Shown: positions 29,660-41,617 of the stretch, piece by piece
Numbering within the stretch: position 1 is the first letter of the stretch
Layout of the letters: every line of letters starts with the position of its first letter
Assembly: GCA_051745145.1 (NCBI GenBank)
Contig: JBNJDT010000004.1
Location: 1-64,000 of the forward strand
Direction: 5' to 3'
DNA length: 64,000 bases
DNA from: Elusimicrobiota bacterium
GTDB taxonomy: Bacteria > CG03 > SLGR01 > JAGXOG01
The notes under the pieces: model-generated
The model's database searches: none
Told to the model about the DNA's origin: nothing
Seen by the model: the letters and a program-made list of their open reading frames with translations, nothing else
Translations under genes and position numbers: made by a program

Positions 29660-30204
29660 CATTAATAGAAGAAGATAGAGCAAACTGGTATGTAATTAAT
29701 ACTTACACCGGGCAGGAATCGCAGGTAAAAGAACGGATTCTCAATAAAGCTGAATATGAAGGCTTTGAGGATAAAATACATGAAATTTTAATACCTACAA
29801 GAGATATTGTAGCTTTAAGAAAAGGTAAGAAAAAAGTTCTGAAAAAACAGTTTTACCCAGGTTATATTCTGGCCAAGGTAGAAAAAACAAGCGAAGTATA
29901 TTTTTATATAAAAAATGTAAAGGGAGTAATCGATTTTTTAGGCGGAAAAGACAGCAGCCCTTTAAAACGTGAAGAATATAAAAAGATACAGGATATGATA
30001 AAACAGAAGAAGTCCCAGGACCCTAAACCTGCAGTCTCTTTTAAAAAGGGCGATCAGGTTAGAATTGTTGACGGTCCGTTTGATAATTTTATGGGCATAG
30101 TCGATGACGTGGATGAAAGTAAACAAAAAGTTAAAGTTATGGTAACTATTTTTGGTAGAACTACCCCCGTAGAGTTGGACTTTCTTCAGGTTGAGAATGT
30201 TTAA
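29656..30204 (+). CDS. nusG: transcription termination/antitermination factor NusG
   Basis: WYVINTYTGQE, FYPGYI, KOW domain GPF..IFGRTTPVEL. Confidence 0.97.
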   Translation: MTLIEEDRANWYVINTYTGQESQVKERILNKAEYEGFEDKIHEILIPTRDIVALRKGKKKVLKKQFYPGYILAKVEKTSEVYFYIKNVKGVIDFLGGKDSSPLKREEYKKIQDMIKQKKSQDPKPAVSFKKGDQVRIVDGPFDNFMGIVDDVDESKQKVKVMVTIFGRTTPVELDFLQVENV

Positions 30205-30241
30205 ATTATTTTTTATATAAACGACGAGGAGTAAATATAAT

Positions 30242-30742
30242 ATGGCAAAAAAGAAACCAGAAACGGTAATAAAATTGCAGATTCCGGCCGGCGATGCTAC
30301 ACCGGCGCCCCCGGTTGGTCCGGCACTTGGACAGCATGGCCTTAATATTATGGAATTTTGCAATGCTTTTAATGAAAAAACTAAAAACAGGGAAGCCGGT
30401 ATTTTAGTACCGGTAGAAATAAATATTTATCCGGACAAGAGTTTTGATTTTAAGACAAAAATCGCACCTGTTTCGTCGCTGTTAAAAAAAGAAGTAGGAA
30501 TAGCGGTTGCTAGCGGTGAGCCTAATAAAAATAAAATAGGTGAAGTTACAGAGGAGCAGATAAGAAATATAGCCGAAAAAAAATTACCGGATTTAAATAC
30601 TAAAAATATTGAGGCCGCCATGAATATTGTAAAAGGGACGGCCAACAGTATGGGATTGGTAGTTGTAGAAGAAGCTACCGGAAAGATTTATACTGATGAT
30701 AGTGCTGATGAAGAAACAGAAGAAGTAGAGGAAGAACTATAA
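30242..30742 (+). CDS. rplK: 50S ribosomal protein L11 (acidic C-terminal tail)
   Basis: [22 protein letters not shown]. Confidence 0.98.
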   Translation: MAKKKPETVIKLQIPAGDATPAPPVGPALGQHGLNIMEFCNAFNEKTKNREAGILVPVEINIYPDKSFDFKTKIAPVSSLLKKEVGIAVASGEPNKNKIGEVTEEQIRNIAEKKLPDLNTKNIEAAMNIVKGTANSMGLVVVEEATGKIYTDDSADEETEEVEEEL

Positions 30743-30744
30743 TA

Positions 30745-31416
30745 ATGAGTGGTAAAAGATATAAAGAAGCGAAAGAAAAAATAGAGTCAAATTCCTATCC
30801 GGTTGAGGACGCTATAGGTAAGTTAAAAGAGCTGGCTACAGCAGATTTTGATGAAACTGTAGAGATAGCAGTTAATTTGGGGGTGGATCCCCGTAAATCC
30901 GACCAGATGGTGCGCGGCAGCGTGGTGCTGCCCCATGGTACAGGCCGTAATATTAAAGTTGCTGCCGCTGTGGATAGTAAACTGGCGGATAAAGCCCAAA
31001 AAGCGGGAGCTGATATAGCCGGCATTGAAAAAGTTACAGAAGTGACTGAAAAAGGGGATATAGATTTTGATGTGCTGCTGGCTACACCGGATTGTATGAA
31101 AAATCTGGGTAAATTAGGGAGAATTCTGGGCCCGAAAGGATTAATGCCTTCACCAAAATCTGGGACTGTTGTGGAAGATATAGAAGAAGCAATTAAAAAA
31201 GTAAAAAAAGGACAGGTTGAATTTAAAATTGGGAGAAGTGCTGTGCTACATGGTATTTTGGGGAAAATATCTTTTTCCCAGGAAGATTTACTGGATAATT
31301 ATAATGCATACATACAGGCTGTAAAAGATAGCCGACCTAATTCAGCAAAAGGTAAATTTATAGAAAAAGTTTTTTTGTCCACAACGATGGGGCCTTCCCT
31401 AAAACTTGACATATAG
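30745..31416 (+). CDS. rplA: 50S ribosomal protein L1
   Basis: FDETVE, LGVDPRKSDQMVRG, LGPKGLMP, STTMGP. Confidence 0.98.
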   Translation: MSGKRYKEAKEKIESNSYPVEDAIGKLKELATADFDETVEIAVNLGVDPRKSDQMVRGSVVLPHGTGRNIKVAAAVDSKLADKAQKAGADIAGIEKVTEVTEKGDIDFDVLLATPDCMKNLGKLGRILGPKGLMPSPKSGTVVEDIEEAIKKVKKGQVEFKIGRSAVLHGILGKISFSQEDLLDNYNAYIQAVKDSRPNSAKGKFIEKVFLSTTMGPSLKLDI

Positions 31417-31419
31417 AGT

Positions 31420-31447
31420 TTGACTTTTCAGATACATTTAATAAAAT
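31420..31447 (+). promoter_or_regulatory. possible internal promoter upstream of rplJ
   Basis: TTGACT, 16-nt spacer, TAAAAT in the rplA-rplJ gap. Confidence 0.4.
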
Positions 31448-31510
31448 ATAGAGTTGTGAATTTATTAAGGTGATGTGTAACTAATCCGGGAAAAAATAAG
31501 AAAAAATATT

Positions 31511-32143
31511 ATGCAAAAAGAAGAAAAAAAACAATTTGTTGAGGAATTTAAAGAGGAAGTAGGAAAGGCCGAAAGTGTAGTCTTAACTAATTATCAAGGT
31601 CTGGACGTAAACAGTATAACTGAACTGCGCTGGAAACTTAAAGAGAGCGGCTGCGTTATGAAAGTTGTCAAAAATAGATTGGCCCGCCGGGCTTTTCAGG
31701 ACATTGATGAGTATAAAGATATGGCGAAATATTTATCGGGGCCTACAGCGGTATTGTTCGGGACAAAAGATCCTTCGGAAAGTATAAAAATTTATAAAAA
31801 TTTTATTGATGAAGATAATGAAATGGGTTTTAAGTCGGCCGTAATAAATGACAATTTGCTGGATGCAGAAAGTCTGAAAAAATTAGCTGATTTACCATCC
31901 CGCAAAGTATTACTGGGCCAGGTGGTCAGAGTAACGAATGCACCGGTTCAGAATTTGTACAGCGGACTTAAAAATATTATTCAGAAATTTCTATATGCCT
32001 TGAATGACTATAAGGATAATTTAGAGGAAGAAGGTGGGACTGAAGAAAAGGGAACAGAGGAATCTACAGAAGATATAAATGACAAAGCAGAAGAAAATAT
32101 AAAAGAACAGGAGGAAGAAAATGGCGGCGAAGAAAAAGAGTAA
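31511..32143 (+). CDS. rplJ: 50S ribosomal protein L10 (long acidic tail)
   Basis: [30 protein letters not shown]. Confidence 0.97.
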   Translation: MQKEEKKQFVEEFKEEVGKAESVVLTNYQGLDVNSITELRWKLKESGCVMKVVKNRLARRAFQDIDEYKDMAKYLSGPTAVLFGTKDPSESIKIYKNFIDEDNEMGFKSAVINDNLLDAESLKKLADLPSRKVLLGQVVRVTNAPVQNLYSGLKNIIQKFLYALNDYKDNLEEEGGTEEKGTEESTEDINDKAEENIKEQEEENGGEEKE

Positions 32144-32513
32144 TGTTGATAAGATACTGGAAAATATTGAGGAATTAACAGTTCTGGAACTTTCGGAACT
32201 TGTTTCTGCCATGGAGGAAAAATTTGATGTATCGGCCCAGGCGCCTGTAGCTCAGGTAGCAGCAGGGGCAGCCGGGGGACAAGAAGGCGGTGAAGAAGAA
32301 CAGACAGAATTTGATGTAATGCTTCAGGCAGCCGGAAATAAAAGAATCCAGGTTATAAAGACTGTAAGAGAAATCACAGGTCTGGGCTTAAAAGAAGCAA
32401 AAAGTTTAGTGGATGATGCACCGGAAGCTGTAAAAGAAGGAATTGAAAAAGAAAAAGCCGAAGAGATAAAGGAAAAATTAGAAGAACAGGGAGCAACTGT
32501 AGAGCTTCAATAA
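32121..32513 (+). CDS. rplL: 50S ribosomal protein L7/L12
   Basis: [26 protein letters not shown]. Confidence 0.98.
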   Translation: MAAKKKSNVDKILENIEELTVLELSELVSAMEEKFDVSAQAPVAQVAAGAAGGQEGGEEEQTEFDVMLQAAGNKRIQVIKTVREITGLGLKEAKSLVDDAPEAVKEGIEKEKAEEIKEKLEEQGATVELQ

Positions 32514-35500
32514 TGCTTGTTTCAGATATTCCCGATAAAGAAAAGGATTTTTCAAGGTATAAAATCACTGAGGATCTGGATCCCCGTAAAGATCCGGATA
32601 GTGAATTAAATCTTATCCGGGTTCAGCAAAGTTCCTACCGGGATTTCCTGCAGGTGGGTGTTTCCCCGCAGGAACGGGTGGATCAAGGACTTGAAAGTGT
32701 TTTCAGGGAAAAATTTCCCATTGAAAATACAGACGGCAGCATTAAGTTAAAATATGTAAGTTATAAAATTGAAGAGTCCAATTATACTTACGACGAAGCT
32801 GTTTCCAGAGATGTAACTTATTCTATGCCCATAAAGGTTAAATTCCGTCTCGAAGTTACTGAAGGAGAAAGAGAAAAACCCGAAATAAGAGAAGAGGAAA
32901 TTTATCTTTTTGATATACCTAAGATGACCGAACGGGGAACTTTTATAATTAATGGTTCGGAGAGAGTTATTGTAAATCAAATTCATAAAGCTCCCGGAGT
33001 TTTCTTTGAAGAATTTGAAAAACAGTTAACCAGAAAATCCGGAAAAATAACCCGGGATGTATCTAATATCGGGAAGACTCTTTACGAGGGCAATTTAACA
33101 CCGTATAGGGGAACTAGGTTTAATCTGGAGTATGATCTGAGAAATGAATTGGCCACCCGGATATATCGGGGCCCTAATGCTAAATCTCCTAAAATTCCAG
33201 TTACTTTATTAATAGGCGCTTTAATGGACGAGGAAAAAGATAAAAATAAAATTGAAGAAATATTACGCCTGTTTTATAATTCCAAAACAATAAATCTGAG
33301 AAAAACAAAAAGAAAAGAAATACTGGATAAAATTTTAGTAGAGACCCCAAAATTACCTGAAAAGATAAAGAAAAAATATTTAAATGAGATTGTTTCACAG
33401 ATTCATACTATAAAGGTTAAACAGGAATTAGAAGAAAATGAATTGCAAGAATTTGATAAAATAGAAAAACTGTTAACTGAAAAGAAACAGTCTCTTACAA
33501 GAGCGGCGCTTGAAAATCTAAAAGATATAATTTCGGAAAGTTCGCTCCGTCCGCCACTTAAGGCAGAATTGCAAAAAGCCAGTACGGATATGGAAAAAAG
33601 GATATACGGCATTATAGGAAAAGCTAATCAGGTGGTTGACGGTCAACTGTATGCAAACTGGAAGAAACACGGTATTAAAGAGGTGGAGCTGGTGGATCCT
33701 AATCGTTGGAAAGAGGACAATACGATAAATGATTACACTATTCACTATACTTTAGATAAAGATCCTAAAGAGTCCAGATCAGGTTCTAGGACTTATATAT
33801 TTAAAAAGTATAATCCCGGACAGCCCCCGACAAAACCGGCAATAGATAAATTTTTCAATGATTTTTTCGAAAGATGTTTTTTAACTGAAGTTGGGCGTTA
33901 TAAATTGAATAAGAAGTTCAGTATAATAAAAGACCGGGAAAAAATTGAAGAATTTCTGGGAGAAGATTTTGATCCCGAAAAGACAACTTTACAGCCTTCG
34001 GATATAATTAATTTTGTAAAATATATTATCGGTTTAAATAATGATGAAGAAGAGTACTATGTGGATGACATAGATCATCTTGAAAACCGGCGCGTAAAAA
34101 CTGTAGGAGAACAGCTTTTAAAACAGCTGAAAATTGGTATAACCAGAGTTTCCCGCCGGATAACAGATAAGATGAATCGCTCGGATCCTGAAGAATTAAC
34201 CCCAAATGAACTATTAAATCCGGCGGCTATAACCGCAGTAATAAATAGTTTTTTTGGTACCGGTCAATTATCCCAGTTTATGGCCCAGACCAATCCCCTG
34301 GCCGAATTAACTCATAAGAGAAGAACTTCGGCTCTTGGACCCGGTGGATTAACCCGTAGAACTGCAAAAGGCGGCGTCCGCGATGTTCACCACACGCATT
34401 ACGGAAGAATCTGTCCCATAGAGACGCCGGAAGGTGCCAACATCGGTTTAATTACTTCGCTGGCATTATATGCTAAAATAAATGATATTGGTTTAATAGA
34501 GACCCCCTACAGAAAGGTGGAAGACGGCAAGTTAACCGGAAAAGTTGAATATTTAACCGCGGATGATGAAGATAAGTACGTCCTTGCACCCGCGAATTTA
34601 GATATTGATGATGAGGGGAATCTGCCTGAAGGAAAAATAGTTGCCCGACATAAAGGTATAATTAAACAGTATAGTAGAGAAGAGATCGATTATATAGATA
34701 TTACTCCCAAACAGATAGTGGGAGCCTCAGCCGGTTTAATTCCCTTTTTAGAGCATGATGATGCTAACAGAGCCTTAATGGGGTCTAATATGCAGCGCCA
34801 GGCGCTTCCGCTGATGGTGACAGAACCTCCCATAGTGGCTACCGGCGTAGAAGAAACTGTAGCTAAAAATTCCGGGGTTATAATTTCCGCCCGCCGGGCC
34901 GGAGAAGTTGTCTATGTCGATGGTAACTTAATAGTTGTCTGGACCGGAGATAAAGATAAGAAAAAAATTGATCCCGATGAAATTGATACTTATAAATTAA
35001 AAAAGCATCGTCAGAGCAATCAGGAAACTCATTATAATCAAGTTCCCGTGGTTTCAAAAGGAGATAAGGTAGAGCAGGGGGATGTCTTAGCGGATGGCCC
35101 GGCTACCGCTAACGGCGAACTTGCTCTGGGAAGAAATTTATTTGTTGCTTTTATGGCCTGGGAAGGGTATAACTTTGAAGATGCAGTACTTATATCCAGC
35201 AGGTTAGTTAAAGAAGATGTCCTTACTTCTATTCATATACATGAAGAAGAAGTTCAGGCCAGAGAACTCAAACTGGGAAATGAAGAGATTACCCGGGATA
35301 TACCTAATGTCGGTGAACACCAGCTCAGAGATCTGGACGAAAACGGAATAATTCGAGAAGGGGCGTATGTAAAACCAAAAGATATTCTGGTGGGAAAAGT
35401 TACCCCCAAGGGTGAGAAAAAGTATACCCCCGAAGTAAGATTGCTTAAAACTATTTTTGGAAAGAAAGCTGAAGAAGTCAAAGACACTTCCTTAAAAGTA

Positions 35501-36562
35501 CCTCCGGGTGTTGAAGGGAAAGTCATAAAAGTAGAGACTTTTGAAAGAAAAAAGAGTATAACTAAAAAACGGCGGCGGGAATTGACGGAAGCCATTAATA
35601 AAGAATTTGATGAAAAAATAGAAGAATTGAGAAGTGAAAACCGTTCCATAACTCAAAAGATGCTTCACAAAAAGAGAAAGGGAAAAATTACAGAAGACGA
35701 ATACGAAGATAAAAAATTTAAAAATAAAGTTTTACTTGAGTCCCTGATAGAGGATTTGGAAAAAGAAAGAAACCGGAAGTTAAAAAATATTGACAGAGGT
35801 AATGAACTGCCGGTAATGGTATCTAAAAAGGTAAAAGTACATATAGCCAGCCGGCGTCCGATTATGGCCGGTGATAAAATAGCCGGTCGACACGGTAATA
35901 AAGGTATTATTTCTATGGTGTTGCCGGAAGAAGATATGCCCTACGATGAGAACGGCACGCCGGTGGATATAGTGATAAATCCGTTAAGTGTTCCCTCGAG
36001 AATGAATGTGGGACAGATATTGGAAACTCATTTGGGCTGGGCGGCAAATAAGGCAAACATAAAGACAGTAAACCCGGTTTTTGATGGGGCAAAAGAATCA
36101 GAAATAAAAGAGATACTTGCTGAAAATAATTTAGCTCCGGAGGGTACGGCTAAGTTATACGATGGGCGTACGGGAGAAGTGCTGGGCGATAATATAACTA
36201 TCGGATACATGTATACTATGAAACTTGAGCATATGGCTGAGGATAAAATGCATGCCCGGGCAACCGGTCCGTATTCTCTTATAACCCGGCAGCCTCTCGG
36301 TGGAAAAGCTTTATTTGGCGGCCAGCGTTTTGGGGAAATGGAAGTATGGGCCTTAGAAGGTTATGGGGCCGCGTACCTGCTGCAGGAATTTCTTACATAC
36401 AAAAGTGATGATGTCGAAGGCAGAAATAAATTACATGAATCAATTTTAAAAGGAGAAGAAATTGATGAACCCGGTGTACCCGAATCTTTTAAAGTACTTG
36501 TGAAAGAATTACAGGGTTTAGGGTTTAAGGTATTGCTAGAAAATAAAAAGGAACCAAGATAA
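32513..36562 (+). CDS. rpoB: RNA polymerase beta subunit
   Basis: FIINGSERV, HYGRICPIETPEG, GSNMQRQA, GDKIAGRHGNKG, GGQRFGEMEVWALE. Confidence 0.99.
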   Translation: MLVSDIPDKEKDFSRYKITEDLDPRKDPDSELNLIRVQQSSYRDFLQVGVSPQERVDQGLESVFREKFPIENTDGSIKLKYVSYKIEESNYTYDEAVSRDVTYSMPIKVKFRLEVTEGEREKPEIREEEIYLFDIPKMTERGTFIINGSERVIVNQIHKAPGVFFEEFEKQLTRKSGKITRDVSNIGKTLYEGNLTPYRGTRFNLEYDLRNELATRIYRGPNAKSPKIPVTLLIGALMDEEKDKNKIEEILRLFYNSKTINLRKTKRKEILDKILVETPKLPEKIKKKYLNEIVSQIHTIKVKQELEENELQEFDKIEKLLTEKKQSLTRAALENLKDIISESSLRPPLKAELQKASTDMEKRIYGIIGKANQVVDGQLYANWKKHGIKEVELVDPNRWKEDNTINDYTIHYTLDKDPKESRSGSRTYIFKKYNPGQPPTKPAIDKFFNDFFERCFLTEVGRYKLNKKFSIIKDREKIEEFLGEDFDPEKTTLQPSDIINFVKYIIGLNNDEEEYYVDDIDHLENRRVKTVGEQLLKQLKIGITRVSRRITDKMNRSDPEELTPNELLNPAAITAVINSFFGTGQLSQFMAQTNPLAELTHKRRTSALGPGGLTRRTAKGGVRDVHHTHYGRICPIETPEGANIGLITSLALYAKINDIGLIETPYRKVEDGKLTGKVEYLTADDEDKYVLAPANLDIDDEGNLPEGKIVARHKGIIKQYSREEIDYIDITPKQIVGASAGLIPFLEHDDANRALMGSNMQRQALPLMVTEPPIVATGVEETVAKNSGVIISARRAGEVVYVDGNLIVVWTGDKDKKKIDPDEIDTYKLKKHRQSNQETHYNQVPVVSKGDKVEQGDVLADGPATANGELALGRNLFVAFMAWEGYNFEDAVLISSRLVKEDVLTSIHIHEEEVQARELKLGNEEITRDIPNVGEHQLRDLDENGIIREGAYVKPKDILVGKVTPKGEKKYTPEVRLLKTIFGKKAEEVKDTSLKVPPGVEGKVIKVETFERKKSITKKRRRELTEAINKEFDEKIEELRSENRSITQKMLHKKRKGKITEDEYEDKKFKNKVLLESLIEDLEKERNRKLKNIDRGNELPVMVSKKVKVHIASRRPIMAGDKIAGRHGNKGIISMVLPEEDMPYDENGTPVDIVINPLSVPSRMNVGQILETHLGWAANKANIKTVNPVFDGAKESEIKEILAENNLAPEGTAKLYDGRTGEVLGDNITIGYMYTMKLEHMAEDKMHARATGPYSLITRQPLGGKALFGGQRFGEMEVWALEGYGAAYLLQEFLTYKSDDVEGRNKLHESILKGEEIDEPGVPESFKVLVKELQGLGFKVLLENKKEPR

Positions 36563-36564
36563 TT

Positions 36565-39500
36565 ATGGCAGATCAGTTAAATTATAATAATTTTAATGCA
36601 GTTCAGTTAATGCTTGCGGCGCCGGAAGATGTAAAAAGATGGTCTCACGGGGAAGTGAAAAAGCCGGAAACTATTAATTATCGTACTTTTAAGGCTGAGA
36701 AAGATGGTCTGTTTTGCGAGCGTATTTTTGGTCCTATGAAAGACTATGAATGTAACTGTGGAAGATATAAATATCCCCGGCACAAGGGCGTTGTATGCGA
36801 ACGGTGCGGGGTTGAAGTTACCGAACGGGAGGTAAGAAGAGAGAGAATGGGCCATATCGAACTTGCTGTCCCCGTGGCTCACATATGGTATGTCAGGCAG
36901 CCTCCTTCGATGATAGGGCAGGTTCTTAATCTTAAAAGAAAATATGTAGAGCAAGTTAATTATTACGCATCTTATATAATAACCGAGGTAACTAATAATA
37001 AGATAAGATGTCAGGGTAAAAGAGTAGCAGCTCATGATGTAACTTTTTTTAATGAGCGGAAAAATATTTCTGTAATAGATGCCGCGGTATATAACAGACT
37101 TCAAAACGGCCTTATGCGCCTGGCGGACCTATATGAAGATTTTAAAGAAAGTCTTGAACGCGGAGATATGGATTTTATAAAGGAATTTGTAAGAGAGACT
37201 TATGAAGAACCTCTGTATGGCGAACAGGAAAAAGAAAATGCTGTCAGTATTTATAAAGTTGACAAAATCCAGAAAATTGTTAATTCCTATACTCAGAAAT
37301 TAGTTCAGTTTGACATTGCTCTTAAAGATAATATCGAATTTGAAATTGATAAAATTCGGGAAAATGAGATTGAAAACTCAGATGAAGGAGATGCCCGTCA
37401 GATTTATTCTAATTTACTTGACGGGTATGAAAATAGCGAATACGATAATTTCGAAGAATTAATAAAAACCTTAAAACAGGTAAGTTCCAGGGATGCGGAT
37501 AAGTACAACTGGGAATTAATTCTTGAAGAAGTGGATGATTTTATCCAAAACCGAGAAAAAATTAAGAAAAATGCTATTAAAAAACTAAAGAAAGTCGCTA
37601 AAAAAGTAGATAAAGTTATAAAAGAAGAACCGGAATTTAAAGGTAAAATCGGCGGTGAAGCTATCTATGATTTATTAGTTAAAGTGGATATAAAAAAAGT
37701 AGCTAAAAAGATCCGCAAAGATATAGAATCTCCAAAGGGCGGTAAAGGAAGAAAAGCCCGCCTGCGTCGCCGGCTCAAAATAATTGAATATTTTATCGAT
37801 TCTGACAATGAACCGCAGAATATGATGCTTAAAAATGTACCCGTAATTCCTCCGGATTTAAGGCCTCTGGTGCCCCTGAAAGGCGGAAAATTCGCTTCCT
37901 CGGATTTAAATGATCTTTACCGGAGAATAATTAATAGAAATAACCGGTTAAAAAATATTATGGAAATGGGAGCTCCGGACGTAATGCTTCACAATGAGAA
38001 GAGACTTCTCCAGGAATCAGTTGATACTTTGATACAGAATGGAGCCCGCAATAAAACTGTCCGGGGAGCGGGAAGAAGACCGTTAAAATCATTATCTGAA
38101 AATATTAAAGGCAAACAGGGTAGATTTCGCCGTAATCTTTTAGGGAAGAGAGTAGATTATTCCGGACGGTCGGTAATAGTTATCGGTCCCCATTTGAATT
38201 TAAATCAGTGCGGTATACCCAAAGAGATGGCCCTGGAGCTTTTTAAACCCTTTATCTTAAGGGATCTTATAAAGAAAGGATTTTCAAGTAACGTTCGATC
38301 GGCCCGGCGCCGGTTAGAAAAACAGGGTCCCGAAGTTTTTGATATACTTGAAGAGATAATTCAGGATCACCCTGTTCTTTTAAACCGTGCTCCTACTTTA
38401 CATAGATTGGGAATTCAGGCTTTTGAACCAGTTTTAGTAGAGGGTAAAGCTATACAGCTCCATCCTTTGGTCTGTCCCGGTTTTAATGCTGATTTTGATG
38501 GTGATCAGATGGCTGTTCATGTTCCCATATCTCCGGAAGCATGTATGGAAGCAAAAATGATGCTTTTATCTGTGAATAATATTATATCGCCGGCTCACGG
38601 AAATTTGATAGCCAAACCCTCTCAGGATATAGTTATGGGATGTAACTATCTTACACGGAAAAAACGTGGGGTACCCGGTGAAGGATTAATTTTTAACGGG
38701 AATCAGGAAGTTGAGCATGCCTATCAATGCGGCAAGGTGGATCTTCACGCCCGGATAAAAGTGAAGGGTATAAATAAGATAAGAGAGGCCGAGGACTGGG
38801 ATAAAGAAGATTTTGAAGACCCGGATGTTTGGGAAGATTATACAACGGTGGGAAGAGTTATATTTAATTCTTACCTGCCTGAGAGTATGGAATACGTAAA
38901 TAAAGCGATTACCAAAAAAGGACTGACGGAATTAATAGAAAATAATTTCTGGGAAAATGGCAAGTACAGTACTGTTAGATTACTGGATACGGTAAAAAAA
39001 CTAGGATACAAGGAGGCAACTTTAGGGGGCGTCTCTTTAAGTATGGAAGATATGCATATACCCAATAAGAAACAGGAAGTGCTTGACAAAGCTCAGAAAA
39101 AAGTTGAGAAAATAAAACAGAATTTTCAGATGGGTGTAATAACCGAAGATGAAAGATATAATAATATCGTAGATATATGGAGTCATGTTACGGATGAAGT
39201 AGCTGACCAGATGCTTGAGGAGATTAATGAATATGATAAACGCAAATACGATGAGGAAGGTCCTAAATTTAATCCTATTCAGTTAATGGCATCGTCAGGT
39301 GCTCGAGGTTCACTGGATCAGATCCGTCAGCTGGCGGGAATGAGGGGGCTTATGAGTAAACCCCAGATCGGTAAAGATGAAGCCGGTGAAGTTATTGAAC
39401 ATCCGATTAAATCTAATTTCAGAGAAGGTTTATCTGTCTTAGAATATTATATTTCTACTCACGGTGGAAGAAAAGGTCTTACGGATACGGCTTTGAAAAC

Positions 39501-41262
39501 TGCCCAGGCCGGCCATCTGACCCGGAGATTAATAGATGTTTCCCACGATGTGACAATAGTAGAAAAAGATTGCGGTACGGCCGGGGGTATTGATGTAAGG
39601 CCCATCAAAGATGAAGAGACGAACGAAGTAATAGAAAGTTTTTCAGAAAGAGTTCAGGGGAGAGTGAGTCTGGATACTATTGTAGATCCTATAACTGATG
39701 AGATTCTCGTTGAAGATGGGAAATTAATTGATAGGGAAGCTGCCAAAAAAATTGAAAAGAGTGCGATAACAGCAATAACAATCAGGTCTCCCTTAACCTG
39801 CGAGTCAAAAGACGGAGTATGTAGTAAATGCTACGGAGCGGATTTATCTACCGGAAAAATGGTAAGACCGGGACTGGCAGTGGGAATAATAGCTGCCCAG
39901 TCCATTGGAGAACCCGGAACCCAGTTAACTTTAAGAACATTCCATGTCGGGGGTACGGCTTCTGAAGTGGCTCAGGAGAGAGATTTGACATCCCCATATG
40001 ACGGAGAAGTCAGATACGACAATATAAAAACTATTGAAAATGAAGACGGGGATACATTAAATATTGCCCGCAAGGGAAAAATTGAAATTAAAAAAGAAAA
40101 GGGCGAAAGTAATGTCTATGACATTAGATACGGAGCCATACTTCACAAGGATAAAGGCGAAAAAGTCAAAAAGGGTGAAAAGATTGCCGAATGGGATCCG
40201 TTCTCATCTCCAATAATTGCTGAACACAGCGGAAAAATTGAGTACAAAGATATAGTACCCGGGATAAATGCAAAAGAAGAGAAAAACCCCAAAACCGGCG
40301 AATCAGAATACGTAATTGTGCCTTATATCGGCGGTGGTAAGAAATCCCGCGGAGGAAAGAAAAATTATTATCCCCGTATAGAGCTGAACACCGATGACGG
40401 TAAAACAGTCAGGTATCCCCTCCAGGTTGACATGCTGGTTACTTTAAAGGAAGAAAATGATGTCAAAAAAGGTGATATACTGGCCAGAGTTCCTTTAAAA
40501 GTTATTAAGACCCGGGATATAACCGGGGGATTGCCCAGAATTGTAGAGCTTTTTGAAGCCCGTCCGCCTAAAAACAGCGCGGTTGTTACAGAAATTTCCG
40601 GCCGGGTATCAATAGACCAGAAAAAACAGGGTGGCAAAAAGTCCGAGGCCATGGTAGTTAAAGTGGATCCGGAAGCAGAAAATGTAGCTGCCCGGGAATA
40701 CAAAATTCCGCCGGGTAAACATCTGGAAGTTTATGACGGCACTATGGTGGATGCTGGAGATACTTTAACCGACGGTGCAGTAGATCCGCATGATATTTTA
40801 AGAGTGGGAAGTCACAAAAATATTCAGGAATTTTTAGTTAACGAACTGCAGAGTGTATACAGACTGCAGGGAGTTGCTCTGGATGATAAACATCTGGAAG
40901 TTGTAATCAGTCAGATGCTTTCTTTTGTACAGATTACTGATAGTGGAGATACAACATTCCAGGAAAAAGAAGTATTGCCCAGTAAAATAGTGGAGAGAGT
41001 TAACAGGAAGATGGAGAAACAGGGTAAAAAACCGGCCGCTAAAAAGCCAAAACTGCTGGGAATTTCTAAGGCTTCTTTAAATAGTGAAAGTTTTATTTCT
41101 GCGGCATCTTTTGAAAGAACGACAAGTGTCTTAACTGATGCTGCGGCAGAAGGTAAAGTGGATTACCTTAAAGGTTTAAAAGAAAATGTAATTGTAGGAA
41201 AATTAATTCCGGTGGGAACCGGCTTATTTGCAAGAAGGGAGCAGGAAAATGCCAACAACTAA
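36565..41262 (+). CDS. rpoC: RNA polymerase beta' subunit
   Basis: N-terminal Zn finger, [28 protein letters not shown]. Confidence 0.99.
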   Translation: MADQLNYNNFNAVQLMLAAPEDVKRWSHGEVKKPETINYRTFKAEKDGLFCERIFGPMKDYECNCGRYKYPRHKGVVCERCGVEVTEREVRRERMGHIELAVPVAHIWYVRQPPSMIGQVLNLKRKYVEQVNYYASYIITEVTNNKIRCQGKRVAAHDVTFFNERKNISVIDAAVYNRLQNGLMRLADLYEDFKESLERGDMDFIKEFVRETYEEPLYGEQEKENAVSIYKVDKIQKIVNSYTQKLVQFDIALKDNIEFEIDKIRENEIENSDEGDARQIYSNLLDGYENSEYDNFEELIKTLKQVSSRDADKYNWELILEEVDDFIQNREKIKKNAIKKLKKVAKKVDKVIKEEPEFKGKIGGEAIYDLLVKVDIKKVAKKIRKDIESPKGGKGRKARLRRRLKIIEYFIDSDNEPQNMMLKNVPVIPPDLRPLVPLKGGKFASSDLNDLYRRIINRNNRLKNIMEMGAPDVMLHNEKRLLQESVDTLIQNGARNKTVRGAGRRPLKSLSENIKGKQGRFRRNLLGKRVDYSGRSVIVIGPHLNLNQCGIPKEMALELFKPFILRDLIKKGFSSNVRSARRRLEKQGPEVFDILEEIIQDHPVLLNRAPTLHRLGIQAFEPVLVEGKAIQLHPLVCPGFNADFDGDQMAVHVPISPEACMEAKMMLLSVNNIISPAHGNLIAKPSQDIVMGCNYLTRKKRGVPGEGLIFNGNQEVEHAYQCGKVDLHARIKVKGINKIREAEDWDKEDFEDPDVWEDYTTVGRVIFNSYLPESMEYVNKAITKKGLTELIENNFWENGKYSTVRLLDTVKKLGYKEATLGGVSLSMEDMHIPNKKQEVLDKAQKKVEKIKQNFQMGVITEDERYNNIVDIWSHVTDEVADQMLEEINEYDKRKYDEEGPKFNPIQLMASSGARGSLDQIRQLAGMRGLMSKPQIGKDEAGEVIEHPIKSNFREGLSVLEYYISTHGGRKGLTDTALKTAQAGHLTRRLIDVSHDVTIVEKDCGTAGGIDVRPIKDEETNEVIESFSERVQGRVSLDTIVDPITDEILVEDGKLIDREAAKKIEKSAITAITIRSPLTCESKDGVCSKCYGADLSTGKMVRPGLAVGIIAAQSIGEPGTQLTLRTFHVGGTASEVAQERDLTSPYDGEVRYDNIKTIENEDGDTLNIARKGKIEIKKEKGESNVYDIRYGAILHKDKGEKVKKGEKIAEWDPFSSPIIAEHSGKIEYKDIVPGINAKEEKNPKTGESEYVIVPYIGGGKKSRGGKKNYYPRIELNTDDGKTVRYPLQVDMLVTLKEENDVKKGDILARVPLKVIKTRDITGGLPRIVELFEARPPKNSAVVTEISGRVSIDQKKQGGKKSEAMVVKVDPEAENVAAREYKIPPGKHLEVYDGTMVDAGDTLTDGAVDPHDILRVGSHKNIQEFLVNELQSVYRLQGVALDDKHLEVVISQMLSFVQITDSGDTTFQEKEVLPSKIVERVNRKMEKQGKKPAAKKPKLLGISKASLNSESFISAASFERTTSVLTDAAAEGKVDYLKGLKENVIVGKLIPVGTGLFARREQENANN

Positions 41263-41617
41263 TCAACTAGTAAAAAAAGGTAGAAAAAAGGTTAAGAAGA
41301 AGAAAACCACTCCCGCGCTCCAGGGGTGTCCTCAAAAAAGGGGAGTCTGTATAAGAGTTTTTACCTCTACGCCTAAAAAACCAAATTCCGCACTGCGGAA
41401 AGTGGCCAGGGTAAAGCTTACAAATGGTATGGATGTAGCAGCGTACATCCCCGGAGAAGGCCATAATTTACAGGAACATTCTATAGTATTAATCAGAGGC
41501 GGTAAAGTGAAAGATCTTCCGGGAGTCCGGTACCACGTGGTGAGAGGAACTCTGGATTGCGCCGGTGTAGAGGGAAGAAAACAGGGAAGGTCAAAATACG
41601 GGGAAAAGAAAACATGA
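41249..41617 (+). CDS. rpsL: 30S ribosomal protein S12
   Basis: [32 protein letters not shown] 41249 overlaps the rpoC end. Confidence 0.98.
   Translation: MPTTNQLVKKGRKKVKKKKTTPALQGCPQKRGVCIRVFTSTPKKPNSALRKVARVKLTNGMDVAAYIPGEGHNLQEHSIVLIRGGKVKDLPGVRYHVVRGTLDCAGVEGRKQGRSKYGEKKT

Noticed and set aside
36990..37632. Possible intein in RpoC (and in the RpoB inserts)
   Set aside because: No N-terminal Cys/Ser block, no His-Asn/Cys junction and no LAGLIDADG motif; treated as lineage-specific insertions.
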